Part shown: piece after piece, positions 49,358-58,220 of the stretch
Layout: every line of letters begins with the position of its first letter
Position numbering within the stretch: position 1 is the first letter of the stretch
Assembly: GCA_001784175.1 (NCBI GenBank)
Contig: MFPR01000028.1
Location: 263,614-327,613 of the forward strand
Direction of reading: 5' to 3'
Origin: Candidatus Lindowbacteria bacterium RIFCSPLOWO2_12_FULL_62_27
GTDB taxonomy: Bacteria > Lindowbacteria > 2-12-FULL-62-27
Length of the DNA stretch: 64,000 nucleotides
Translations under genes and position numbers: made by a program
The notes under the pieces: generated by a model
The model's database searches: none
What the model was told of the DNA's origin: nothing
Seen by the model: only the letters and a program-made list of their open reading frames with translations

Positions 49358-51132
49358 GCCACAGCTCCTCCCGCCGCCACCTGCGCTGCCTGCGCGGCCT
49401 TTTGTCGGTTTGTCCGCCATTGAACAAACAATCCCACCGCCAGCACCGAAATGATCGGACACACCGACGCCATCGCCAGAATGCCGAATCCTTCCGCGGC
49501 GCTGACCGCGTTGCCGAATCCCAATCCCATGGCGAGCACCAGGGGAACCGTCACGGGTCCCGTCGTCACGCCGGCGCTGTCCCAGCCGATGTTCACGTAT
49601 TCTTCCGAAGAGAAATGCGTCATGATCAGCAGCGGGATGTACGACCCGATCAGCATCCATGCCAGCGGCCAATTGTACAGAATCTTCAGTATGCCGATGG
49701 AAATGCCGGCGGCCACCCCGACCGCAACAGAGTACATGAGCGCCGATTTTTTAAATGCTCCGTTTGAAAGATTCTCGACCGTGAGGCCGAGGGCGTTCAG
49801 GGCCGGTTCCGCCAGCGTCGCGCCAAAGCCCAGCGCGTAGGCGAAAATCATCGCCAAGAGGACGCCGACGAAATAGGCATACAGCGGCGAGGATGGAATG
49901 GTGTCGAGCCGCATGAACGCGGCCGGAACGATCTGTCCCGACTGGTCGCCCAGCTTGGCGAGACCGTAGGTTAATCCGATATTGAAGAGAATCATCCCGA
50001 TGATGGACAGCGTGATGCCGTACGTCAGAATTCCGGTATTTCGGATTTTTTCCCGCAGGACGAAAATCAACACCATGAACAGAAACGCGATGAGCGGCAG
50101 GATGGCTCGAAGGGACATGACAATCTCAAGCCCCGGGCTGGCCTGGTACCAGGTCGGCTCGCCTGAGGCCGCCGCCGCTTCGGCGGCCGCTTTCGCGCTC
50201 GCCAGAATGGTCTCGGTCGGAACAGTGAGGTAGATGAAAATACCGAGCCCCAATACCATCAGGATCGGAAAAACGGATGCCAGCGTCACGATGCCGAATC
50301 CCGACAGGCTCCCGCCGCCCTTGCCGACGGCCGTCGCCACGCCGATGCCCAGCGCCAGCACCACCGGCACGGTGACCGGCCCGGTGGTCACGCCGCCGCA
50401 GTCCCAAGCCAGGCCGATGACGGCGCGCAAATTAGGATTGTAATTGCAGTAGGCGGTGACCGCCATGGTCGGGATCAGGGAGGAGTAGATCAGAGGTTTT
50501 AGACTCCAGCCATAGACGAATCTCAAGGTTCCCAGCGTTGCGGCGATGCCCACTCCGATCCCGACCATGACGACGGTCCACTGCGCGTAGGTGTTCAAGA
50601 GCGCATACAAAATGGGAGCGCTCTCCGGTTTGACCAGTCTCCCCGCGTACTGCAGGGCGCCGATGGCGGGTTCGGCGTAGGTGACGAGCACGCCGAGAAC
50701 AAACGCGATCAAGAGAACGACCGGCAGCGGCCGCTTGGTCGGCAGCATGTTCCCGATGACTTCGGCGAACGGCATGATCCCGAGTTTCAGGCCTTCCATG
50801 TAAAACATCAGCCCGAGGATGACCGCAAGAAGCCCGCCATTGATGACGTAGGGGTCGGCGACACCCTGCCGCAGAATGATCAACTGAAAGAGCACGAGGT
50901 ACACGCCCAGCGGCACCACAGCGCGCAACTGCTCCGCGAGCCGCGGCGTCACGTACGGCTTGAGTATCCGCGCCGTCTCCTTCGGCGTCACCTTCAGTTT
51001 CGCGGGCTTGTAGGGAATGGGCTTCCCGTCCGGCCCCTTCTGGATTTTGGGCATGAGAAGATTGTAGCTGAGCTGACTCTGCTGAACGGAGACTTCCCGT
51101 GCAAATTCTCCGAATCGAACTGCCTTTTCCAT
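49354..51132 (-). CDS. Double DUF1538 membrane protein
   Basis: Two AEPA..AL motifs and two WD(C/S)(G/A)GVTTGPVTVP motifs. Confidence 0.85.
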   Translation of the reverse strand: MEKAVRFGEFAREVSVQQSQLSYNLLMPKIQKGPDGKPIPYKPAKLKVTPKETARILKPYVTPRLAEQLRAVVPLGVYLVLFQLIILRQGVADPYVINGGLLAVILGLMFYMEGLKLGIMPFAEVIGNMLPTKRPLPVVLLIAFVLGVLVTYAEPAIGALQYAGRLVKPESAPILYALLNTYAQWTVVMVGIGVGIAATLGTLRFVYGWSLKPLIYSSLIPTMAVTAYCNYNPNLRAVIGLAWDCGGVTTGPVTVPVVLALGIGVATAVGKGGGSLSGFGIVTLASVFPILMVLGLGIFIYLTVPTETILASAKAAAEAAAASGEPTWYQASPGLEIVMSLRAILPLIAFLFMVLIFVLREKIRNTGILTYGITLSIIGMILFNIGLTYGLAKLGDQSGQIVPAAFMRLDTIPSSPLYAYFVGVLLAMIFAYALGFGATLAEPALNALGLTVENLSNGAFKKSALMYSVAVGVAAGISIGILKILYNWPLAWMLIGSYIPLLIMTHFSSEEYVNIGWDSAGVTTGPVTVPLVLAMGLGFGNAVSAAEGFGILAMASVCPIISVLAVGLFVQWRTNRQKAAQAAQVAAGGAVA

Positions 51133-51223
51133 CTTTTACACTTTCACCTGACCGGTCGTGGGCGCGCGCATGGCTGAGTAAAATCGTTACTATGCAGGCG
51201 CCGTGTTTGCAAGACCGCGATGA

Positions 51224-52267
51224 CTATTTGGCGGCGGCCTGATGAAGTACCCGCTGCGGAAACGGGATCTCGATCCCCTCGCGCCCGAAGCGCTCATGGA
51301 CGCGCTTGATGAATTCGTGCGTCGCCAGGTGCTGGTCCTCGAATGCCATCACCCGGAGCAGGATCATGAAATCGACGGATGACTCGCCGAAGGCCTGATA
51401 CCGCAGAATCGGTTCGAAGCCCGGGATCGCGCCCGGAACCTCCCTCTGCACGCCCGCCGCCACCTCCAGCGCCACGCGCTCGACGCGGGACAGATCGCTC
51501 GCGTACGAAACGCCGAGCCGCACGGGAACGGAAAACTCGCGTCGCGGGAGATTCAGATTCGTCACCACCGCCTGCGCGATTTTGGTGTTTGGGATCAGGA
51601 TGAAATTGTCCGCCCGGTCGCAGATCGTGGTCGACCGCCAGCCGATGTCCCTCACGAATCCCTCCGCGCCGCTGTCGAGTTTGATGTAATCCCCCAGGCG
51701 GATCTGGCGGTTGACGATGATGTAGATGCCCGAAAACAGATTTGACAGCGTGTCCTGCAGCGCCAGCGCGACGGCCAGGGAGCCGACGCCGAGCGCCGTG
51801 AGGAGCGGCGCGATCGAGATGTCGAGGTTGGCGAGGATGAGCAGGAGGCCCATCCCGTAGATGACGAGCCGCGTCAGGTTTTCGAGGAGCGTGGTCGTGC
51901 CGAGCGCCAGCCGCGTCGCGACGGAGTGGATCCACACGACGGCGATCCGGGCGATGGCCAGCGACACCGAGAGGACAAACAGGACCATCAGCAGGTGGTC
52001 GATGTGCCGGATCCAGAGCGGATGCAGGCCGCGCAGCGGCGACAGCCGCAGGCCGACGACGATGCCGGCCAGCGTGAACCAGAACGGAATGTGCCGCCGG
52101 CCGGCCGCGTACAGCACCTCTTTCATCTGCGGCTCGACTTTCTCGAAAAACCGCGCGAGGGGCCGAAGCAGAACGGCCGGCGCCAGAAATCCGGCGATGG
52201 CGGCGGCCAAAAAGATCAGAATGGGTTTGAGCCACGGTCCGGCCCATGCAAGCATTGGGATGTCCAT
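51224..52267 (-). CDS. mscS: Small-conductance mechanosensitive channel
   Basis: LGVGSLAVALALQDTLSNLFSG, GDYI, IGWRST, IPN, GIEIPFPQ. Confidence 0.9.
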   Translation of the reverse strand: MDIPMLAWAGPWLKPILIFLAAAIAGFLAPAVLLRPLARFFEKVEPQMKEVLYAAGRRHIPFWFTLAGIVVGLRLSPLRGLHPLWIRHIDHLLMVLFVLSVSLAIARIAVVWIHSVATRLALGTTTLLENLTRLVIYGMGLLLILANLDISIAPLLTALGVGSLAVALALQDTLSNLFSGIYIIVNRQIRLGDYIKLDSGAEGFVRDIGWRSTTICDRADNFILIPNTKIAQAVVTNLNLPRREFSVPVRLGVSYASDLSRVERVALEVAAGVQREVPGAIPGFEPILRYQAFGESSVDFMILLRVMAFEDQHLATHEFIKRVHERFGREGIEIPFPQRVLHQAAAK

Positions 52268-52310
52268 TGATTATTATTTCGTCACAAACGGGCGGAATCT
52301 TGTTGAAAAT

Positions 52311-53108
52311 TTACCGGCGGCGCCGTCTCCAGCGGGCGATCAGCCTCCTCAGAAACTCGGTCACCTCCGACGGATCCTTCAGCCGATAATTCCCGCCGGC
52401 CGGCCGGTGTCCGACGGCGATGCCGGCGCCCCGGCCGCGCACGGCGCGCAGGAGATCCGCGTCCGTGCGGTCGTCGCCGATCGCGATGCAGAAGTCGCGT
52501 TCCACCGGCCGCTCCCCGCAGAGCGCCGTCACGGCGAGTCCCTTGTGGGCTGCGACGGCCTTTGCCTCGATCGCGCCTTTCCCCCGCATCACCCGCAAGA
52601 CGCCCTTGTCTACGGGGGGCCGCAGCAGGCTCAGGAAATGCCGGCACACGGCCCGGCGCCGGCCGGGGGCGGCTCGCCGGTAGTGGAGGGACACGGCGAA
52701 TTTCTTGTCTTCGACGGAAAACGTTTCGTCCGCGACGCCTCGCATGCCTGCGAGAATCCTGCGGACGGCAGGCCGCGCTTCGGGCGCGTCGATCAGAAGC
52801 CGCACGCGGCCCATTCCCCGCGCGCACTCGGCGCCGTGCGTTCCGACGTACCACGCCCGCCGAAGCGGCATAAGGCTGCGCATGCCGCGAATCGACCGCC
52901 CCGTCACGATCGCCAGGGTGACGCCGCGCGTGCGAGCGATTCGGCGCATCAGCGCCACCAGCGCGCGTCCGGGCACGGCGTCTTCCGGCCGGGGCGCGAT
53001 GGGCTTGAGCGTGCCATCGTAGTCGAGAAACAGCACGAGCCTTCGGGCGCGCGCCATCCGCCCGGCGATGTCGCGCAGAATTTTTGCGGGTGTCGTAAAG
53101 CGCATCAT
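52311..53108 (-). CDS. otsB: Trehalose-6-phosphate phosphatase
   Basis: FLDYDGTL, VTGRS, GTHGAE, LHYR, HKG, IGDDRTD. Confidence 0.9.
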   Translation of the reverse strand: MMRFTTPAKILRDIAGRMARARRLVLFLDYDGTLKPIAPRPEDAVPGRALVALMRRIARTRGVTLAIVTGRSIRGMRSLMPLRRAWYVGTHGAECARGMGRVRLLIDAPEARPAVRRILAGMRGVADETFSVEDKKFAVSLHYRRAAPGRRRAVCRHFLSLLRPPVDKGVLRVMRGKGAIEAKAVAAHKGLAVTALCGERPVERDFCIAIGDDRTDADLLRAVRGRGAGIAVGHRPAGGNYRLKDPSEVTEFLRRLIARWRRRRR

Positions 53109-53192
53109 CTGCGCGTTGTACCTGTTCGAGCCGGCCTGTCAAGCCGACGGATTGATCGACCTCCTTCGCGATGGTAATAAGATGAAGGAAAT

Positions 53193-53265
53193 GGTGGCTA
53201 TAGCTCAGCGGCAGAGCACCTGACTGTGGCTCAGGGGGTCGCGGGTTCAAATCCCGTTAGCCACC
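53193..53265 (+). tRNA. tRNA-His (GUG)
   Basis: G-1, acceptor GTGGCTA/TAGCCAC, C73, anticodon stem CCTGA/TCAGG with loop CTGTGGC, GGTTCAAATCC T-arm; full CCA not encoded after C73. Confidence 0.95.
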
Positions 53266-53324
53266 CATCTATTTGCCAACCGCGCGTTCCCATCGTCGAT
53301 GTTTCAGGATAAGCTCATCTCACC

Positions 53325-55589
53325 ATGCGCATCAGCCTTCGTCTGATTGTCTCTTTGGTGGTCGCCGTGTCCGTGGTGGCCTGTTTCTTCGCGTATGTCC
53401 AGGTCGGCCAGGAGAAGGAGCGGCACAGCGACGAACTGGACCGCCGGTCCCGGCTCCTGGCGGAAAGTCTTCAGGAAACGATTGGCCCGCTGATCGAGAA
53501 GGGACCGTCCGGCGATTTGGAACGGCTCGTGGAGAAATATGGAAACCGTGAACGGCTGGCCGGAGTGGCGGTCTACGACGCCAGGGAAAGTCCCCTCGCC
53601 GTCACGGCCAGCCTGTCCGCCGCCCTGCCCACGCCTCTGCCGATGGTGGGCGAGGCGATGCGGGGCGACGTCGATGTCGGCCGGTTTGAGACATTCGGCG
53701 GGAGGGAAATGCACGTCTATGCCATGCCCCTTCGGATTGGAGAAAGTATCGCGGGCTGCCTCCTGATCTTTCATGACGCGACGTTCATCCGGATTCAACT
53801 GTCCCGAATCTGGCGCCAGACATTTCAGCGGTTGCTGGTGCAGATGGTGCTGATCGCGATCGTGACCTTGCTGATCGTCCGCTGGAGCATCGCAGGACCG
53901 ATCGCGCGGATGGCGGACTGGATGAAAAATCTCCGCGCCGGAGACGTCGGCGAGCCGTTTTCGGCGCCCAAGGAAGACCTGTTTTCACCCATCGCCAAGG
54001 AAGCCTCCCGCTTCGCCCTGCATCTGACGATTGCGAAGCAGGCCGCGGAGGATGAGGCGCGGCTTCGTCAGGAGGCGTCGACCCTCTGGACGCCCGATCG
54101 GTTGAGAGAACATGTCCGGTCGAAATTGCAGGGCAGCCCCCTGTGTGTGGTTTCCAATCGCGAGCCTTACATGCACATTCGGCGCGGCCGCAAAGTCGAG
54201 TGCATTGTTCCCGCCGGCGGACTCGTGACCGCCTTGGAGCCTGTCCTGCGATCCTGCAGCGGCACCTGGATCGCCCATGGTTCCGGCGACGCCGACTGGG
54301 AAGGCTTGGACGAAAAAAATCGCATCAAGGTTCCGCCCGATGATCCGCTCTACACGCTGAAACGGGTGGCGCTCACCAAAGAGGAGGAGAACGGATATTA
54401 CTACGGGTTTGCCAACGAGGGACTCTGGCCGCTCTGTCATATCGCGCATACCCGGCCGGTCTTCCGGGCAGAGGACTGGGCGTATTACCAGAAAGCCAAC
54501 CGGAAATTCGCCGCCGCAGTACTGGAGGAACTGAAGGACGTGGCGTCGCCCTGCGTTTTGATCCAAGATTATCATTTCGCCCTCCTGCCCCGGATGATCA
54601 AGGACGAACGGCCGGACGCGCGCATCGCGCTCTTCTGGCACATCCCCTGGACCAACCCCGAGGCGTTCGGCATCTGCCCCTGGCAGAGGGAGCTTCTCTA
54701 CGGAATGCTGGGTGCGGATTTGATCGGCTACCACACGCAGTTCCACTGCAATAATTTCCTGGACACGGTCGACCGCGCGCTCGAATCCCGCATCGATTGG
54801 GAGCGATTCGCCGTCAAGAAAGAAGGCCATACCACCCTCGTCAAACCGTTTCCCATCAGCGTCGCCTTCCCGGAAACGTTTCAGGACACCGCCGGCGCGG
54901 ACCTGGTGGACCGCGACGCCCTTTTGAAGGAACACGGGATCAGGGCCAAGTATCTGGGGATCGGCGTTGAGCGGATGGATTACACCAAGGGCGTGCTGGA
55001 GCGGTTCCGGGCGATCGAGCGCTTTTTGGAAAAAAATCCCGCCTACCAGGGCGAGTTTGTCTTCGTCCAGATCGGCGCGCCCAGCCGCACGCACATCAAG
55101 CGGTACCAGGACTTTCTGTCGGAAGTGGAGTCCGAGGCCGACCGGATCAACTGGAGGTTTCCGCCCAAGGATTACAAACCCATTGTTTTTCTAAAGAAGC
55201 ACCACAGCCATCAGGAGATTTTGCCCTTTTACAAAGCAGCCGACCTCTGCATGGTCACGTCGCTTCATGACGGCATGAACCTCGTCGCCAAGGAATTCGT
55301 GGCGGCCCGGGATGATCAGAACGGCGCGCTGATTCTAAGCCGTTTCACAGGCGCCTCCCGGGAACTTCGCGACGCGCTCATCGTCAATCCCTACGATATC
55401 GAACAAATGGCCGAGTCCATCCGCTACGCGCTGGAGATGGATCCTGAAGAGCGGTCCGCGCGGATGGGCCGGATGCGAGAAACGGTTCGGGAACACAACG
55501 TCTACCGCTGGGCCGGCAATCTCGTCGAAGAGCTCACCAAAATCCGAATTGACGAACGGCCGGCTCCCGCCGGCGTAGGCACAAATTAG
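53325..55589 (+). CDS. otsA: Trehalose-6-phosphate synthase with N-terminal TM-periplasmic-TM-HAMP-like extension
   Basis: GT20 motifs VSNREP, GGLVTAL, LWPLCH, QDYH, ERMDYTKG, DGMNLVAKE; two hydrophobic helices and IAGPIARMADWM in the N-terminus. Confidence 0.9.
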   Translation: MRISLRLIVSLVVAVSVVACFFAYVQVGQEKERHSDELDRRSRLLAESLQETIGPLIEKGPSGDLERLVEKYGNRERLAGVAVYDARESPLAVTASLSAALPTPLPMVGEAMRGDVDVGRFETFGGREMHVYAMPLRIGESIAGCLLIFHDATFIRIQLSRIWRQTFQRLLVQMVLIAIVTLLIVRWSIAGPIARMADWMKNLRAGDVGEPFSAPKEDLFSPIAKEASRFALHLTIAKQAAEDEARLRQEASTLWTPDRLREHVRSKLQGSPLCVVSNREPYMHIRRGRKVECIVPAGGLVTALEPVLRSCSGTWIAHGSGDADWEGLDEKNRIKVPPDDPLYTLKRVALTKEEENGYYYGFANEGLWPLCHIAHTRPVFRAEDWAYYQKANRKFAAAVLEELKDVASPCVLIQDYHFALLPRMIKDERPDARIALFWHIPWTNPEAFGICPWQRELLYGMLGADLIGYHTQFHCNNFLDTVDRALESRIDWERFAVKKEGHTTLVKPFPISVAFPETFQDTAGADLVDRDALLKEHGIRAKYLGIGVERMDYTKGVLERFRAIERFLEKNPAYQGEFVFVQIGAPSRTHIKRYQDFLSEVESEADRINWRFPPKDYKPIVFLKKHHSHQEILPFYKAADLCMVTSLHDGMNLVAKEFVAARDDQNGALILSRFTGASRELRDALIVNPYDIEQMAESIRYALEMDPEERSARMGRMRETVREHNVYRWAGNLVEELTKIRIDERPAPAGVGTN

Positions 55590-55592
55590 AGC

Positions 55593-55620
55593 TTGACGAT
55601 CGGCGCCGATAGGGTATACT
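55593..55620 (+). promoter_or_regulatory. mazEF promoter with palindrome
   Basis: TTGACG-N16-TATACT; spacer contains the palindrome ATCGGCGCCGAT. Confidence 0.65.
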
Positions 55621-55648
55621 CATTGTAGACACCACAGGAGGCCTTTCA

Positions 55649-55891
55649 ATGACTACAACCGTTCAAAAATGGGGGAATAGCTTGGCTCTTAGGATACCGA
55701 GCGCTCTCGCCAAGGACGTTCATCTTCATCGGGGATCGGAAGTTGAGGTCGCAATTGTTGCAGGCGCAATGGTGATCAAGCCAAAGGGTCGGCGTAAATA
55801 TTCTTTGCGCCAATTGCTCAAGGGAGTTACGAAGGAGAATCTTCATAAGGAACAGGATTGGGGCGGTCCTGTGGGGCGGGAAATCTGGTGA
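55649..55891 (+). CDS. mazE: MazE/AbrB antitoxin
   Basis: VQKWGNSLALRIP...YSL..LL...DWG.PVG.EIW. Confidence 0.92.
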   Translation: MTTTVQKWGNSLALRIPSALAKDVHLHRGSEVEVAIVAGAMVIKPKGRRKYSLRQLLKGVTKENLHKEQDWGGPVGREIW

Positions 55892-56232
55892 CTTCCGGCC
55901 CCTATTGTCCAAAACGCGGCGATGTCGTTTGGCTCAACTTCATTCCGCGGGCCGGCCGTGAGCAGGCGGGTCGCCGACCGGCGTTGACGCTTTCGCACGA
56001 GGCATACAACCGAAAGGTTGGACTTGGGGTCTTTTGCCCGATCACGAGCCACGTAAAGGGCTACTCCTTCGAGGTGGCAATCCCGGAGGGGCACAAGGTT
56101 TCCGGGGCCATTCTTTCGGATCACGTAAAGAGCATGGATTGGTCGGCCCGCAGATCGGAGTTTTATTGCCGTGTTCCAGATGCGGTATTAACGGACGTCG
56201 TAGAAAAGCTTCAGGCACTATTTGGAGCGTAG
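55888..56232 (+). CDS. mazF: MazF endoribonuclease toxin
   Basis: P.RGDVVWLNF.P.AG.EQAGRRPA, CPITS..KGY.FEV. Confidence 0.92.
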   Translation: MTSGPYCPKRGDVVWLNFIPRAGREQAGRRPALTLSHEAYNRKVGLGVFCPITSHVKGYSFEVAIPEGHKVSGAILSDHVKSMDWSARRSEFYCRVPDAVLTDVVEKLQALFGA

Positions 56233-56248
56233 CTGTGCCTCGCCGCGT

Positions 56249-57466
56249 TTATAAATAGACGACATCTTTGCCCGGATGATCGAGCGACAGAAACAGCATC
56301 AGGTACTCGCGCAGGTGGCGGGTCAGAAGGAAATTATCGCGGACGTGTTCCCGGCCGTTTTCGCCGAGTTTGCGGGCGAAGTCCGGGGACTGCAGGAGCT
56401 GTTTGAGCCAGTAGGCCGTGCCTTCGACGGAATGCGTAAGAATGCCGGAATGTTTGTGCGTGATCTGAAGCGGGATCCCGCCGACCGCGCCCGCGATGAC
56501 CGGTTTGCCTTTCCACAGCGCCTCCGAGACTGTGAGGCCAAACCCTTCCCGGATCGATTTTTGAACGATGATGTCGGACGCCCGCTGGATCGCGTTGATC
56601 TCGACGTGGCTGGTGGGGGGAAGACAGAGGATGAGAATGTCCGGATCGTCCGCCGCGCGGTCTCTCACTTCCGCAAGAACCTTCGCGCCCTCGGGATCGT
56701 CGTCCGCCGATCCGCCGACGAGCAAAAGCCGGCAGTCGATCCGTTCTCTCACCATGCGAAACGCCTCGATGACGCCGACCGGGTCTTTGAGGTAATCAAA
56801 CCGGGAGACCTGCGTGATGAGGGGTCTGTCCCGGGGGATCTGGAGACGGTCGCAGATGGCGGCAACTTCCTCTTGCGTCAAGTCCCTGTTCTTGTCGCTC
56901 AAGGGATCGATGGACGGCGAGATGAGCACCTGTTGGATGCTGAGGACCTGCGAAAAAGCCGGCGCCGAAAAAACGCTTGCGTCGTAGCGTTCCACGACCG
57001 GTTTCAGGGCATTCCAAACCGCCAAATCGGGCGAGGAGAGATCAATGTGGCATCGCCATATCCACCGGCCCTTGCCCGGGGTTTTTTTCACGATCAACCC
57101 GGCTGGCTGGGGATCGTGGATGAAGAGGATATCGGCGTTCAAATCCATTTGAGCGGCGTTCAGTTCCTGAGTCTGCCAGTACAGGTCCCAGTCCGACGGC
57201 GAGAATTCCTGCGTTGCGCCATGCAGGGCGTTGTGGATTTTTTTGGTAACGGCATAAAACTGTTCCCCGCCTTTGATGACATCCCACCGGGCGTCGACTC
57301 CCAGTTCCTTGCACAGCGGCACCATCCGGTTCAAAATTTCGGCGACCCCGCCTCCGACAGCGGTGGAGTTGACGTTCCGGACCACCCGGCCGGCAAGTTT
57401 TTTCGCGATCAGCCGCAGATCGTCGATGACGCCGGCGCCGACGATGGGGGCGTATTGCTCAAGCAT
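56249..57466 (-). CDS. treT: Trehalose synthase TreT (GT4)
   Basis: NSTAVGGGVAEIL, KKIHNALHG, IHDPQP, WIWRCHID, PSIDPLSDKN, QKSIREGFGLTVSEA. Confidence 0.88.
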   Translation of the reverse strand: MLEQYAPIVGAGVIDDLRLIAKKLAGRVVRNVNSTAVGGGVAEILNRMVPLCKELGVDARWDVIKGGEQFYAVTKKIHNALHGATQEFSPSDWDLYWQTQELNAAQMDLNADILFIHDPQPAGLIVKKTPGKGRWIWRCHIDLSSPDLAVWNALKPVVERYDASVFSAPAFSQVLSIQQVLISPSIDPLSDKNRDLTQEEVAAICDRLQIPRDRPLITQVSRFDYLKDPVGVIEAFRMVRERIDCRLLLVGGSADDDPEGAKVLAEVRDRAADDPDILILCLPPTSHVEINAIQRASDIIVQKSIREGFGLTVSEALWKGKPVIAGAVGGIPLQITHKHSGILTHSVEGTAYWLKQLLQSPDFARKLGENGREHVRDNFLLTRHLREYLMLFLSLDHPGKDVVYL

Positions 57467-58151
57467 GGTGGGACTCCGCGGATTCGATCATCCGATTTTC
57501 CGCCAGCGTGATGAGGCGCGATCGCAGACCCTCGAGTGTGCAGGTATACGGATCGAGCTGGGCGATTTCGACGGCCAGCACCATTTCCCCAAGTTCCTCT
57601 TCCAGCCAGCGGGAAAAATCATTGACGCCGTGCTCCAGGCGGAGCCGGGCCTCGAAGACGTGGTGATAAATCGAGTGGACGGAGACTTTCCGGAGCGCCT
57701 CAGAGAATTCCCGAAGATCTCCGGCCTGATAGGGAGTGGGCAAAATAAAGCTCACCGATTTCATGAAATGGAACTCCATCCCCTCCGGCGCGTCCGCCGC
57801 CGTCTTCCGTTTCGCCATCCGGTCTTCGATGATGGCGACAATTTTTTCGCGCAGTTCCCGAAGGGTTTTGAAATTGACGGTGTCGACCGCCGCGAGCCGT
57901 TCCGCCAGCCTGGCGTCCTGCATCGCCTCCGCCGCCCACCAGGCGAAATCGTTCGGCGGCTCGGGCGAGAGATACTGATGTTGTTTGAGGAACCGGTGCG
58001 TGTGGTGATAAATCACCGAGCCGGGAACCGCCTTCAGGATGTCGGCCATCTCCCTGAGATTTCGCGCCCGGAGTCCCGTCAGTTCCGTCAGGTCGACGTG
58101 GGTGAAAAATCGGAATGAATGTTTGGCCCGTGGAAGATGGGATTGATCCAT
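57459..58151 (-). CDS. DUF5752-family protein (TreT-associated)
   Basis: Duplicated F.F....A..L.E....L..V...(S)IYHH...NDF..W unit; start uncertain. Confidence 0.75.
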   Translation of the reverse strand: MDQSHLPRAKHSFRFFTHVDLTELTGLRARNLREMADILKAVPGSVIYHHTHRFLKQHQYLSPEPPNDFAWWAAEAMQDARLAERLAAVDTVNFKTLRELREKIVAIIEDRMAKRKTAADAPEGMEFHFMKSVSFILPTPYQAGDLREFSEALRKVSVHSIYHHVFEARLRLEHGVNDFSRWLEEELGEMVLAVEIAQLDPYTCTLEGLRSRLITLAENRMIESAESHHA

Positions 58152-58220
58152 TTGCGGGCAGACTATCACCGGTCGGCGCGACGATCCAGCCACAAACCGG
58201 CGCCTGAGAACCGGATTTGC

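Noticed and set aside
53193..56232. Island integrated at tRNA-His
   Set aside because: No integrase and no duplicated tRNA 3' end were noticed in the window.
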